Both the position numbers and the translations under genes were made by a program. Of a stretch of 49,479 bases of DNA, positions 37,318-47,743 are shown piece by piece; the stretch's first letter is position 1, and each line of letters begins with the position of its first letter. The DNA is from Candidatus Nomurabacteria bacterium (GTDB taxonomy: Bacteria > Patescibacteriota > Minisyncoccia > Phycocordibacterales > UBA5272). Under the pieces are notes generated by a model. The model was given only the letters and a program-made list of their open reading frames with translations, had not been told where the DNA came from and made no database searches. Location: positions 1 through 49,479 of the forward strand of contig JARIGQ010000010.1 in assembly GCA_029288775.1 (NCBI GenBank). The letters run 5' to 3'.

Positions 37318-38223
37318 TTACTGATTTACCGTAAGAGAATTTCTAATTGCATCAAACGTTGACAATACTTTCTTTTCATCAAATTCTTTTACAGTACCTG
37401 TAGGATAATTCTCAATCACTCCATAGTGAATGAAATACCGGACGGCTACACAAGGATTCGTTCCCGGAATTGCATATACACGCTCTTCGTAGCGGTTACC
37501 AGCACCGGCCCCTGTGGAGGAAGCAAATGAATAGGTTGTGTCATGTTGCGTAATTGTCTGAGAACTTACCCCATTACTTTCTGAAAGAAAAGTCGTGGCA
37601 AGGCACTCCGTTTGATTTGGAAGTTGTTCAACACTTATATAGGAATCAGAAGCAAGATTGGTTCCCGTGACATAGTCTGTAGGGACCGTATATTTCACAC
37701 CTTTTATTTCCTTACCTGGACCTTTATTGGTATACGCATACGATTCATCAGCAACAAATCCGTCCGGAGTACGAAGCGAAAAGGTTCCGTTCGGAGCGTG
37801 ATAGACATGAGACAGATCCCCTTCTTGATCCTTTACAGAAACACAGCCACGATAATTTTTCTCCTGATTGTTTTCAAGCACGAGCGCTCCATTTCCTTTT
37901 CCCCAAAACACAAAAGATTCATCTTTATTTGCATACCGCACCCCATCTGCAGAAATGGTTTGCATAAGATCAAGCTTTCTGCCATCACTTAATTCAATAT
38001 GAGCCTTACCTGTAAGATGTGGCATATCGCCTTCATTTTTCGGAGGAGTAATGGTTCCCGCATAAAGAGTAGCTTGTATGGTTTTATTTTCATCACACAC
38101 AAAAGCAAGGTGAAGCGGCACATCCCCTTCTCCGCCTATGGAATGATGTTTCCACCCCAAAGCAACTGCGATAGCAATAATGCCGATCAACACAATACCT
38201 ATAATAGTTTGTCTAGATTTCAT
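37318..38223 (-). CDS. MliC-domain exported protein
   Basis: L.QTISADGVRYAN..ESFVFWGKGN.A motif. Confidence 0.8.
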   Translation of the reverse strand: MKSRQTIIGIVLIGIIAIAVALGWKHHSIGGEGDVPLHLAFVCDENKTIQATLYAGTITPPKNEGDMPHLTGKAHIELSDGRKLDLMQTISADGVRYANKDESFVFWGKGNGALVLENNQEKNYRGCVSVKDQEGDLSHVYHAPNGTFSLRTPDGFVADESYAYTNKGPGKEIKGVKYTVPTDYVTGTNLASDSYISVEQLPNQTECLATTFLSESNGVSSQTITQHDTTYSFASSTGAGAGNRYEERVYAIPGTNPCVAVRYFIHYGVIENYPTGTVKEFDEKKVLSTFDAIRNSLTVNQ

Positions 38224-38247
38224 ACTTGTTGTAGTGTATAGCTATTT

Positions 38248-38949
38248 TCATTGAAAAGCTAATGGAACCTCTATGAGAAGCATTCTTCCCTTGCTTCTAG
38301 TTGCCATCGTCACTGTGTCTACCTCGCTAATACCGAGAGCATCTCGTGGACCAAGCTGAGTCTCCGCAATAGAAGCTTCTCCGTCGATAATAAAAACATA
38401 CAAGCCATTACCTTTAGTTATGGCGTATGAAAGCGACTGATCTTTCTCAACTACTGCAAAGGAAATACCTGCATCTTGGTTAATCATGAGAGCGTCTTTT
38501 CCTACCAATTGGGTAGAACCTACCGAAAGTGAATTAAAATCGAAGGATCTTTGCTCGTACCTGGGCTGAAGCCCGTATTCCCGCGGCTCAATCCATAGCT
38601 GAAAGAGCTCCAAAGGCTCATGAGGCGAATCATTGTATTCCGAATGGGATACCCCCGTTCCAGCCGACATAACCTGTACATCCCCTGCAGGCACCGTACC
38701 ACTATTACCCATGCTGTCTGTATGCGTCACTGTTCCCTTCATTACAATAGTAATGATTTCCATATCCTGATGAGCATGAGTTCCGAATCCTTGGGCAGGC
38801 GCTACGCGGTCGTCATTTAATACACGTAGTGCACCAAAACCCATGCGAGTAGGTTCAAACCAATCGGCAAAACTAAAACTATACCTGGTTGAAAGCCAAC
38901 CATACTCTCCTTGTCCACGCTCTTCTGCTTTATGAAATACAGTCTTCAT
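38248..38949 (-). CDS. Pirin family protein (YhhW-like)
   Basis: GFGALRVLNDD, HAHQDMEI, HTDSMGN, MSAGTGVSHSE. Confidence 0.93.
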   Translation of the reverse strand: MKTVFHKAEERGQGEYGWLSTRYSFSFADWFEPTRMGFGALRVLNDDRVAPAQGFGTHAHQDMEIITIVMKGTVTHTDSMGNSGTVPAGDVQVMSAGTGVSHSEYNDSPHEPLELFQLWIEPREYGLQPRYEQRSFDFNSLSVGSTQLVGKDALMINQDAGISFAVVEKDQSLSYAITKGNGLYVFIIDGEASIAETQLGPRDALGISEVDTVTMATRSKGRMLLIEVPLAFQ

Positions 38950-38989
38950 TGCGTTGTTCAGTGATAAAGTTGTTTTTAATCAATAATGG

Positions 38990-39448
38990 TTATGAAGTAA
39001 CTATAAAATGAAGTATATAATCCGAGACCCCTGTCACACCACTTTTAGAAATCAAATCAACTGTTCCTTGGCCATCAAATTCAAAATAATAGGACCAACA
39101 ATTCTCCTTAACCGTGGACGTTGCCGCTGCTCCATACTCCCCGCTATCCGCTACCCATGTCGCAGTTGCTCCGTTTGAAGCAAGTGCAACGTTTACATTG
39201 GGATAAATATCTTTAGGAATAGCAATATACATTCGAGTGGCATTGCGCACGGTGGTAGTTGTTCCATTGGGAAGCGCCCCGCATGCAGAGAGCTTGTTTT
39301 GCACCTCTTGTGAACTTGCCTTTGGCTGCAATCTATTCTCAGCATATTGCTGATGGGTAATAGAACTGTCACGTTGAAGGAAAAAGGCAACTAGCAACAA
39401 TCCAATAACAACAATGATAATCCAAAGCAAAAGTCTGGTACTTCTCAT
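38990..39448 (-). CDS. Hypothetical exported protein
   Basis: N-terminal TM starting at MRSTRLLLW. Confidence 0.65.
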   Translation of the reverse strand: MRSTRLLLWIIIVVIGLLLVAFFLQRDSSITHQQYAENRLQPKASSQEVQNKLSACGALPNGTTTTVRNATRMYIAIPKDIYPNVNVALASNGATATWVADSGEYGAAATSTVKENCWSYYFEFDGQGTVDLISKSGVTGVSDYILHFIVTS

Positions 39449-39636
39449 ATGTAGATGAGACGTACCAAAGGCACTATTGTGACATTTAGCCAAGCGCCGC
39501 TCCCAAATAATACGGCCAAATGATAATAGCCATAATGAGCTGCTGTACACCAAGATGGAGATACCCTACGGTAAAAAGCCACCCTATAATCCACAAGCCA
39601 GAAAACGTATGATTTTCTATTCTAATGCGTTCCATA

Positions 39637-39990
39637 CTAGAGATCTTTACCGTTATAAGGCACACGATTAAGGGTAGTCAGATCAATAGCGTCTAGTGAT
39701 CTGACGTTAACAGCAATCATTGTATTACCTGCTCCATCCTCGCCCCGTGCAAAAGCCTCTACACCACAGATTGCACAAAAGGTATGAGCAATTTTCATGG
39801 TGTTGAACCTATATTCCGTAAGTTCATTCTCACCCTGTAAAAGGGTAAAGGCATCTTGGGGTACAAACTGAAGCAGTAGCCCTTTGATTTGACAATGGGA
39901 ACAATTACATTCGATCACCTTCTCTGAGAGATCGATTCGCACCTCGTACCTGACTTTTTTACAATGACATCCCCCGTGTTTGGTTTCCAT
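39637..39990 (-). CDS. GFA/CENP-V family Zn-binding protein
   Basis: GGCHC, CNCSHC, FCAICG. Confidence 0.92.
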   Translation of the reverse strand: METKHGGCHCKKVRYEVRIDLSEKVIECNCSHCQIKGLLLQFVPQDAFTLLQGENELTEYRFNTMKIAHTFCAICGVEAFARGEDGAGNTMIAVNVRSLDAIDLTTLNRVPYNGKDL

Positions 39991-40011
39991 ATACTATAGA
40001 GACGGGGAATG

Positions 40012-40410
40012 TTACACCTTTGTTACGTAGAACATAATCACACTTACCAAAGCGACCACCCATGTCCCCCACGCAATATCGACAAGCGTAAGCGTCCATG
40101 AATACTGCTTCAAAATAGCCAAGTTGGTAAAATCATATATTGCATACGCGACAAAGCCAAAAAGTGCACCATACGCCCACGCGTTTCCAAAGGATGTAGC
40201 TCGTGACACCACAAACACCCACAAACCAATGGAAGCGATGATATAGACAAGCGGTACAGCGGGGAGGTATGTTGCAATCGATCCACCACTCACTTCTACA
40301 TGCGCCCCAAATTGTCGTATATAAAATTGCTTAGCAAGCAATGCAACCCACAAGAAATCTATACCTATAAACGCTACTGTCCCGACTGCAATTGAAATAA
40401 AAGATTGCAT
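40012..40410 (-). CDS. DUF2177 family membrane protein
   Basis: IDFLW, GALFGFVAYAIYDFTNLA, DIAWG. Confidence 0.85.
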   Translation of the reverse strand: MQSFISIAVGTVAFIGIDFLWVALLAKQFYIRQFGAHVEVSGGSIATYLPAVPLVYIIASIGLWVFVVSRATSFGNAWAYGALFGFVAYAIYDFTNLAILKQYSWTLTLVDIAWGTWVVALVSVIMFYVTKV

Positions 40411-40413
40411 AGA

Positions 40414-40836
40414 TTACTTCGTGTCCTTTTGTAATTTCCACGTATCCCCTGCTCCATGTCCCGCCATAAACAGTAATCCCGCAAGCATGGTGAAGTGATC
40501 AATAAAGAAACCGAATTCTGCTTGGCTTCCTATCCACATTGCCGGCCCATGAAAAGCAAAAGCTAGAAATACCACATACACCGCTCCAAGAAGTGCCGCT
40601 TCGCGAAAATACACTCCAAAAATAAAAGCCAGAGCTAAGCCCAATTCAAAGAAAGCTGCAATCCAGATAAGCACCACCGGATACGGCCAGGAATGCAAGG
40701 CCGCCACATACGCTGCTTGGCTTTGAATATCCATAAACTTCATCACCGAAGCCATAAGAAATAATCCACCCATTAATAATCGGGCAACAAGGAGCGCATG
40801 AGTGCTCCAGAAACGAGCGTGTGCAAAGTTTTTCAT
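40414..40836 (-). CDS. DoxX family membrane protein
   Basis: ARLLMGGLF...K, E, FH pattern. Confidence 0.85.
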   Translation of the reverse strand: MKNFAHARFWSTHALLVARLLMGGLFLMASVMKFMDIQSQAAYVAALHSWPYPVVLIWIAAFFELGLALAFIFGVYFREAALLGAVYVVFLAFAFHGPAMWIGSQAEFGFFIDHFTMLAGLLFMAGHGAGDTWKLQKDTK

Positions 40837-40942
40837 AATGCGTTAGGTATGAATTGATAACACCATAAAGTATAGCACTTGAAAAGTTGCACAGCTTATA
40901 ATTATTTTTATACTGAAGCTATAGAACGTTTGTTCTATAGCT

Positions 40943-41509
40943 ATGCTCTGCCCCACTCTTTTTGATACAACACATACGATTCCTCGCAATCTTATTTCCC
41001 ACGGAGGAGAAGCTATTTATCATGCCAAAATCTTTGAGGAAAGCTTCGCCGATCACGTGTATGAAAAACTGCTCCATGAAGTAGACTGGCGGCCGGATGA
41101 ATGGGTTATCTACAACAAAGAATATCTCACGCGTCGGAAAGTATATTGGTATTCAAAACGAAGAGCATGGCCTCAAGAACTTCTCATCATGAAGGAAAAG
41201 GTAGAAGCTCTTACCGGGGCACGGTATACCAATGTCCTTCTTAATCTCTACGAATCAGGAGAAGTTGGATTGGGATGGCATGCCGACAAAGAATCTCGCT
41301 CAGAAAATGCAAGCATTGCTTCGGTGTCTCTAGGTGCAGAACGGAGATTTGATTTGCGACATAATGATACGGGTGAAAAAGTTTCTATTATTTTGGAACA
41401 CGGTTCTCTTTTGGAAATGAAAGGAGATCTTCAGCATTTCTGGAAACATCACGTACCTAAAGCAAAAAAGATCCTTCACCCCCGCATTAATTTGACCTTC
41501 CGCACCTAA
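40943..41509 (+). CDS. AlkB-like 2OG-Fe(II) dioxygenase
   Basis: LLNLY, WHAD, SVSLG, WKHHVPK, RINLTFR. Confidence 0.92.
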   Translation: MLCPTLFDTTHTIPRNLISHGGEAIYHAKIFEESFADHVYEKLLHEVDWRPDEWVIYNKEYLTRRKVYWYSKRRAWPQELLIMKEKVEALTGARYTNVLLNLYESGEVGLGWHADKESRSENASIASVSLGAERRFDLRHNDTGEKVSIILEHGSLLEMKGDLQHFWKHHVPKAKKILHPRINLTFRT

Positions 41510-41600
41510 AAAAGGGCGTAACAATCAAAAGGTTTGTACGTCTTTATACATAGAGTGTAAAAGCATGCTTTCTTACGCAGGCTATTTCAGTCATATCTTT

Positions 41601-42515
41601 ATGAATTTCCCCCACCCCACTATAGGAGTACTCATCTACACCCATGACCGCGTACATGACGCGCGTATCAACATGGAACTTATCCGGAACCTCTGGTCAC
41701 AAAGTGAGCTACTCCGCGATGTGTGCATCGTGCACGCCTTTAATGGGAAAGAGGCCTGGTGGCCTTCCTTGTACTTGGAAGACTCGCTAGTACGCACTGA
41801 CAACCCTGGACACTATGAAGGTGCAGAACTTCTGGTAAATGAAGGGGTACGAACATTCCAAAACAAGTACCCTACTATTGATTACGTTATAGTACTTGCT
41901 TCAGATACCTGGTGCGTCAAACCAGCGTACATAGAACACCTTATAAAAGAAATGCGCACCCAACATACAGTGCTTGCCACTTGTGCCTGGGGAGACCTTA
42001 CACAACAAGACATGTTTTATAACGGCATGGCCTTAGACTTTTTTATTATTGATCTTGCGTGGGCAACCAAACATCATCTCTTCCCCATGAGATACAAAGC
42101 TTTTGCCGATCAGTACGAAGAAGCCTTCATGTATCAAGATATGCTAGTCTACCCGGAACGTGTCTTTGCGCTTCGATTCAAACAAGCAGTAATGCATGAA
42201 TTAAAAATCCCAAGCGACTCGTTGCAAAGATCTATACTCGAAAGTCGCATTCACCACATGCTGGAACGCGAACCAATTCATATAGATGAAAGGAATACCG
42301 AGCGCGTCATGTACTGGAAAGAGTTAGGGATCCTCACGCATCATGATGCACATGCAAAACAACAAGCACTTCGCGAGTGGAATATTCCGCTCGGACCAGA
42401 AGGCAGGCGCTTTATTCGCGCTACAACTTTTGACTATTTCAACAACCCAACACTTTCCAGTAAGAAAATAGTGATACCACCTAATTCTACGCACCAAGAA
42501 AAACAATCTCACTAG
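41601..42515 (+). CDS. Hypothetical protein, possibly glycosyltransferase-like
   Basis: Long ORF with YVIVLASDTW; the fold assignment is tentative. Confidence 0.55.
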   Translation: MNFPHPTIGVLIYTHDRVHDARINMELIRNLWSQSELLRDVCIVHAFNGKEAWWPSLYLEDSLVRTDNPGHYEGAELLVNEGVRTFQNKYPTIDYVIVLASDTWCVKPAYIEHLIKEMRTQHTVLATCAWGDLTQQDMFYNGMALDFFIIDLAWATKHHLFPMRYKAFADQYEEAFMYQDMLVYPERVFALRFKQAVMHELKIPSDSLQRSILESRIHHMLEREPIHIDERNTERVMYWKELGILTHHDAHAKQQALREWNIPLGPEGRRFIRATTFDYFNNPTLSSKKIVIPPNSTHQEKQSH

Positions 42516-42563
42516 AATCCACAGGTTCTCATAAAATAAATGAAAGCCGGCTTGTGCCGGCTT

Positions 42564-43181
42564 TCAGACGATGATGTGACCATCCGGACCAATCTGACGT
42601 TTCTCGATGTGAAATTCGTTAAAAGGCGCTTCGAAAGGTTCCGCTCGCCAAACACGAGGGTGCTGCGAATCGTCGTGTGCGGGATGTAAGCGATTGACCC
42701 CTTCTTGCTTTCGCCTCCATGCGCGCAGTTCGTACATGAAAAAGGCCATACGGAGATGTTGGATGCTTTGATGAAATTCGTCTGGCTGAACGTATTCCAA
42801 ATGATCGATCATGGCACGAAAAAGCTCTTGGGTTAAAATTCCAGGCCATTTTCTCATGTATACAATAACCCCACCTGAACGTCTAAGAAAAACAAAATGC
42901 TGAGGAATGTTTCCAGCGACGATCTTATAGTGATGGCCTTGATTAAGAACCTGCACCCGAAACCCGTTTCCTACGGATACCTTTTCCATTTCAAGCCATT
43001 CGATGGCATCCTTGGATTCTATACAAGGAAGCACCATGTCGAGATACCGCGTCCTATGGAGCGCAATCTTCACAAGCGAAGCATACACATGCCTATCAAA
43101 CGGGGGAGCAAACGTAAAACGCTGATAACCTCCGCCCAACTGATCAAGCTCGTACGTATATCCTGGGTCAAGAACTCTCAT
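42564..43181 (-). CDS. Hypothetical protein with an internal tandem duplication
   Basis: RVLDPGYTY...RTRYLD..LPC.E..DAI..L is repeated as QVLNQGHHY...MIDHLEYV...SIQHLR; GAAAGGAG RBS. Confidence 0.7.
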   Translation of the reverse strand: MRVLDPGYTYELDQLGGGYQRFTFAPPFDRHVYASLVKIALHRTRYLDMVLPCIESKDAIEWLEMEKVSVGNGFRVQVLNQGHHYKIVAGNIPQHFVFLRRSGGVIVYMRKWPGILTQELFRAMIDHLEYVQPDEFHQSIQHLRMAFFMYELRAWRRKQEGVNRLHPAHDDSQHPRVWRAEPFEAPFNEFHIEKRQIGPDGHIIV

Positions 43182-43215
43182 TAAAGAACTCCTTTCTCCC
43201 CAGAGTATACAGCCT

Positions 43216-43461
43216 TTACCTATGAGTACAGCCGGCCCAGCAACAAGGTCGACGCATACCGCCTCTCATCTTAGATAGGGCTTTTTCTATCCTAATCGTG
43301 CGAGTCTCAGCTTTTTTCCCCGAAGTCACCCAACAAATCCACTCATTACGCGCAAGCGGAGTAATGTCCTGCCATACTTTCAAGACTTTTTCATCTCCTG
43401 TGATTGCTTTCCGCAAATCAGCAGGCATTGTATGTACGACACCTCCTGCTACTGTTGCCAT
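43216..43461 (-). CDS. YdeI/OmpD-associated family protein
   Basis: PADL, WQDITPLARNEWICWV..KKAETR..RI, RRPCCWAGC. Confidence 0.85.
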   Translation of the reverse strand: MATVAGGVVHTMPADLRKAITGDEKVLKVWQDITPLARNEWICWVTSGKKAETRTIRIEKALSKMRGGMRRPCCWAGCTHR

Positions 43462-43463
43462 AG

Positions 43464-43715
43464 CTACTTAGAAAAAAGATGAGAACCTTTGAGTTTAAGC
43501 ACACCGAAGAGATAAATAAGATCGAGAATGCTGGCGGTATTAACAATAAGCAATACAATAAACCACTTTCCATGCCCTCTGCGACCAGCATGCCAAAGCG
43601 CCAACCCTTTCCAAAACAAACTCCAAAGCACAAGAAGAAGTAAAAGGGTACCCCCTACAGGAATCCAAGTTGGTACAGTAGAAGATAAGGTTGATGAAAA
43701 TGTTGAAGTGTTCAT
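43464..43715 (-). CDS. DUF5652-like small membrane protein
   Basis: WSLFWKGLALWHA...WF..LL.VNT..IL..IY. Confidence 0.8.
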   Translation of the reverse strand: MNTSTFSSTLSSTVPTWIPVGGTLLLLLVLWSLFWKGLALWHAGRRGHGKWFIVLLIVNTASILDLIYLFGVLKLKGSHLFSK

Positions 43716-43742
43716 AAGAATAAGTATAACTCTATAAAGCGC

Positions 43743-45326
43743 TTACATACTAAAGGCCTCCCCTTCTGCTTCTTGCCGTGCTTCATGCTTAAGTGGTATT
43801 TCTTTGAGGAAGAGTGCCAATACAAACGCTATAAGCGTAAACGGAATTGCATATAGGAACATATCATGGAAGGAACGAGCAAACGCTTCAAGAATTGTGT
43901 ATTGAACCGAAGATGGTAAAGTGCGTATCATTGCTGCTCCTCCGTTCAAACTCGCACTATTGAAAGACATGGTTCCCGCTCCTGCTGGAGTAAGCTCCTG
44001 AATATGAACCGTAAGACGATTTGCGAGTATCGCTCCAAAGATCGCGGCACCAAACGTTCCTCCAAGCGAACGGAAAAACGTCACTGCGGCCGTAGCAGCA
44101 CCCAAATGCTTTACGTCGCTTGAATTTTGAACGGCAAGTGTCATGATCTGCATAAAAAGTCCAATACCAAGACCTGTCACAAACATTGCACCTCCGAGCG
44201 CCACTTCAGAAATCGTAAGTGAAATAAATGAAAGAAGATAAAATCCTAAAGCGAGAACAAGTGATCCTACAATTGGAAAGATTTTATACTTCCCCGTATG
44301 AGACACCATGCGTCCTGAAAAAATGGAAGCGACTAACAGTCCTCCTACAAGCGGAAGCATAAGAAGCCCTGACTTGGTAGCTGAAAAACCTCGCACGATT
44401 TGTTGATATTCCGGAAGATAGATAATCGCCGCAAACATACCCAATCCCGCCACAAGGGAAAGAAGTGAAGACACACGGAAAATACTGCTGCGGAATAATT
44501 CGGGAGGAAGTATAGGCTCCTTGGCATAATGCTCCCAAATAACAAAAGCAATTCCAAGAATAATCCCCGCCACAATAAGGCCAATAATCATACTTGAGCC
44601 CCATGCATAGGTTGTTCCACCCCACACGGCAGCCAAAAGAAGCGCTATGGATCCAACCGAAATAAGAAGTGCTCCCAAATAATCTATTGAATGATCCGTG
44701 TGGTGCACCTTCGTATGGAGTTTCATCCAAATGACAATGAGCGCCAGAACACCGAGCGGCAAGTTGATATAGAAAATCCATCTCCAACTAAGTGCATCCG
44801 TAAAATAGCCACCAAGAAGCGGACCTACGACACTCGATAGTCCCCATACTGCACCAAATACTCCTTGATACTTTCCACGCTCACGCATTGGCACAACATC
44901 TCCAATAGTTGCCAAGACAAGCGTCATAAGGCCTCCGGCGCCAATTCCTTGAATACCACGATAGATCACAAGCTGCACCATGCTTTGGGAAAGCCCTGCA
45001 AGTACCGAACCTATCAGAAAAATTCCCACGGCAATCAAAAGCATTCTCTTTCGTCCGAAAAGATCCGAAAGCTTACCATAAAGTGGAGTAGTGACTGCAC
45101 TTGTGAGCATATAAGCGGTCACTACCCAAGAAAGCTCATTAAGTGCGTTAAAGTCGCTCGCAATGCGCGGCAATGCCGTAGATACAATTGTCTGATCCAA
45201 CGCCGCTAAAAGCATCGTAAGCATAAGCGCTCCCAATACGACCCAAAGCGAGCTTTCTTTTTTAGCTGTGTCTTGCAGTACCCCTTGTGCATGTTCTGCC
45301 ATATTGTTTGTAGACGAAGGACCCAT
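43743..45326 (-). CDS. MFS drug efflux transporter, DHA2 (EmrB/QacA-like)
   Basis: ALDQTIVSTALP, GKLSDLFGRK, WRWIFYINLP; about 14 TM. Confidence 0.93.
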   Translation of the reverse strand: MGPSSTNNMAEHAQGVLQDTAKKESSLWVVLGALMLTMLLAALDQTIVSTALPRIASDFNALNELSWVVTAYMLTSAVTTPLYGKLSDLFGRKRMLLIAVGIFLIGSVLAGLSQSMVQLVIYRGIQGIGAGGLMTLVLATIGDVVPMRERGKYQGVFGAVWGLSSVVGPLLGGYFTDALSWRWIFYINLPLGVLALIVIWMKLHTKVHHTDHSIDYLGALLISVGSIALLLAAVWGGTTYAWGSSMIIGLIVAGIILGIAFVIWEHYAKEPILPPELFRSSIFRVSSLLSLVAGLGMFAAIIYLPEYQQIVRGFSATKSGLLMLPLVGGLLVASIFSGRMVSHTGKYKIFPIVGSLVLALGFYLLSFISLTISEVALGGAMFVTGLGIGLFMQIMTLAVQNSSDVKHLGAATAAVTFFRSLGGTFGAAIFGAILANRLTVHIQELTPAGAGTMSFNSASLNGGAAMIRTLPSSVQYTILEAFARSFHDMFLYAIPFTLIAFVLALFLKEIPLKHEARQEAEGEAFSM

Positions 45327-45398
45327 AATGAGCCTTACTGATTAATTTCTTAAGTATACCAAGTTTATATGCTTCCCTCTATTGACATTCTCGCGCAC

Positions 45399-45560
45399 TT
45401 AGGACATTTTATATCCCACATAAATACCAATGAACCCTCCCAGGCCGCTCAAAAGAACCCCTGAGATAGAAAAAAGTCCTGCGTCCCATAGACTTGGAAT
45501 CATACCCCCGAGCATAGTGCCTATTGTCATTCCTATCCAAATAGATGTTTTTTGTGACAT
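45399..45560 (-). CDS. 53-aa Gly-rich membrane microprotein
   Basis: Hand-translated MSQKTSIWIGMTIGTMLGGMIPSLWDAGLFSISGVLLSGLGGFIGIYVGYKMS. Confidence 0.75.
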   Translation of the reverse strand: MSQKTSIWIGMTIGTMLGGMIPSLWDAGLFSISGVLLSGLGGFIGIYVGYKMS

Positions 45561-45604
45561 GGTTAAAGTATAAACAATATTTTTATATTAAAACATTACC
45601 ATCC

Positions 45605-45868
45605 TTAATGTACATATAAACACAGAACTCCCACAAGAAGCAGCTGAATACAAATCGCGCTCCACAGTTTTCGTAAAGATGAAGTCGCAACCATATACGC
45701 TGTTAAAGAAACAATATACACCATAAGCGCCACCCCGAGTACCACTACAAGATTCGGCCCTTCCGGATCATGTTGAAAGAAAAAGAAACTACGAGAAAAA
45801 ATAAGCGCTGTAATCCCTAAGGCTATAAGCGCTCTTGTGTCGTAACGGGAAGATATATTTTTACTCAT
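45605..45868 (-). CDS. Small membrane protein
   Basis: Three TM segments, FF.HDPEGPNL.VV motif; start at MSKNI. Confidence 0.7.
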   Translation of the reverse strand: MSKNISSRYDTRALIALGITALIFSRSFFFFQHDPEGPNLVVVLGVALMVYIVSLTAYMVATSSLRKLWSAICIQLLLVGVLCLYVH

Positions 45869-45911
45869 TATTTCAGTATAACGGAAGCCGAAAAAGACAA
45901 GGCTATGTACC

Positions 45912-47660
45912 TTATCCAAAGGTAAACGTATACGCATCCAAAGTACCTTGTTCCACTTCTATCTTTATCGTGTGAACCCCAAGTGTCGTATCGTGAATGA
46001 GGCGATACAGGCGATCTTCTCCAATAACCGCTTGGCTTGTATGTGGGTCTACATCTGATCCGGCAACATCTTCAAGCAGCTTTCCGTCTCTCCAAATTTT
46101 AATCGTAACTGGAGCCCCTTTATTGGTAGCGACCATGTACACATCATGTGCACCATAGGTAAAAGTTATTTGCGCGTGAGGATGCGCTTCGGCATATTCT
46201 GGCGTAATATTCCACGTACCTCCTAAATACAGCGTATTAGGTAACTGTTGATTAGGAATAGTAAGTGTTTGCACACCTGAGACGCCACGAGTACCATTGC
46301 CGAAATAGCTATTTCTATTAGAACCAAAATAAGTTTCAGGACTTTGAACCCCAGAAGGATCAGCCGAGGATACGTTTACTGTAGATGTTGCGATAGTAGC
46401 TTTCGTTTCCATACGCAGAGCTCGTTCCTTCAGCGCGTCTTGTATCGCATGTTCGGTTTCATCATACTCGCCTTCGCCGGCGTGGGTATGCACTACATAG
46501 CCATCAATATCAATTAAATATTCATTGGGCCAGTACTGGTTTTGATACGCACCCCATGTTTGGTATTGGTTATCAAGCACGACGGGATAGGTAATGCCGA
46601 ATCGTTTTGTTGCGTCTTCCACATTGGACAATTGATGTTCAAATGAAAATTCCGGCGTGTGGACCCCGATAATTACCAACCCTTGATCTTTATATTTCTG
46701 ATACCACGCATTAAGATACGGCGTAGTACGCTGGCAATTAATGCAGCTATAATCCCAAAAATCTACGAGTACCACATTTTTGCCTTCATACTCTTTAAGG
46801 CTAATTGGCTTACCATCGGTATTTATATACCCGTCAGGTGAAACAAGTTCAGGAGCCTTCTCATAGCGCATTGCTTTTTCTTCGGGAGAAAGAAGACTTA
46901 TCGTGGAAGATGCCGTCACTTCAGTATTTTTGGAAGAGGTAAACGTAGAAAGAAGCACTTGCTCCACTTTGGTCTCATCAAACAGTGCATACAGCGGGGC
47001 CTCAACCTTGCTCTGTGATCCAGTAGCAATAATAAGAGCAATGCCGATGAAGAGCGCTCCTATGCCACGTCTGAGCGGGCTTGTTGGGTTGGCAATGAAT
47101 CCCATCTTATCGATAATGCGCTGCCCAATAAGCGCAACAAGCAACAAGAATCCGCACAATCCAAAGGTGTACGCCAAAATATCGGCAATGCCTGCCGAAA
47201 GACTGATAGGCAACACGTTTGCCAAAATAATAAAATACGTCGGACTACAGCTCGAAAAAACAGGACCGAGCGCCGCCCCTACGATGATATCTCCGATAAG
47301 ATTTTGCTTCTGATATCCAGATCCAAGCACCTTATTTGAGCCCGCATACAATGTACCCATCAGTGGTAATCGATCCCAGAGCGTGGGGAAAAGAAATGAT
47401 GCACCAACGATAAACAAAATAAACCCAGAAATATAGTTCCACACACTCTGCGGTACCATCACAAACGCTGTAGAAACTTTAAGGAGAAAAGTAAAGACAA
47501 ATACCGATACTCCTAGCGAAAGAGTTACAACAACTGCACGATGAAAGCTTCTTTCTCCAGCAATCGAGCTTCCCACGATAACAGGAAGAAGTGGCAATAC
47601 GCACGGCGAAATCACGGTGAGCGCTCCAGCAACAAGCGAAAGGATGAAAAGCCACTGCAT
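45912..47660 (-). CDS. dipZ: DipZ-like protein (CcdA/DsbD TM domain, thioredoxin domain, C-terminal domain)
   Basis: SPCVLPLLP, DFWDYSCINC, GVHTPEF, SPETYFG. Confidence 0.88.
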   Translation of the reverse strand: MQWLFILSLVAGALTVISPCVLPLLPVIVGSSIAGERSFHRAVVVTLSLGVSVFVFTFLLKVSTAFVMVPQSVWNYISGFILFIVGASFLFPTLWDRLPLMGTLYAGSNKVLGSGYQKQNLIGDIIVGAALGPVFSSCSPTYFIILANVLPISLSAGIADILAYTFGLCGFLLLVALIGQRIIDKMGFIANPTSPLRRGIGALFIGIALIIATGSQSKVEAPLYALFDETKVEQVLLSTFTSSKNTEVTASSTISLLSPEEKAMRYEKAPELVSPDGYINTDGKPISLKEYEGKNVVLVDFWDYSCINCQRTTPYLNAWYQKYKDQGLVIIGVHTPEFSFEHQLSNVEDATKRFGITYPVVLDNQYQTWGAYQNQYWPNEYLIDIDGYVVHTHAGEGEYDETEHAIQDALKERALRMETKATIATSTVNVSSADPSGVQSPETYFGSNRNSYFGNGTRGVSGVQTLTIPNQQLPNTLYLGGTWNITPEYAEAHPHAQITFTYGAHDVYMVATNKGAPVTIKIWRDGKLLEDVAGSDVDPHTSQAVIGEDRLYRLIHDTTLGVHTIKIEVEQGTLDAYTFTFG

Positions 47661-47743
47661 ATCCTTAAGTGTAGCCCGCCAATTAGATTTCCGCTAAAGA
47701 GTAGTGCACACACCTCTACACCACAGCAAAATCTCTACCCTTC

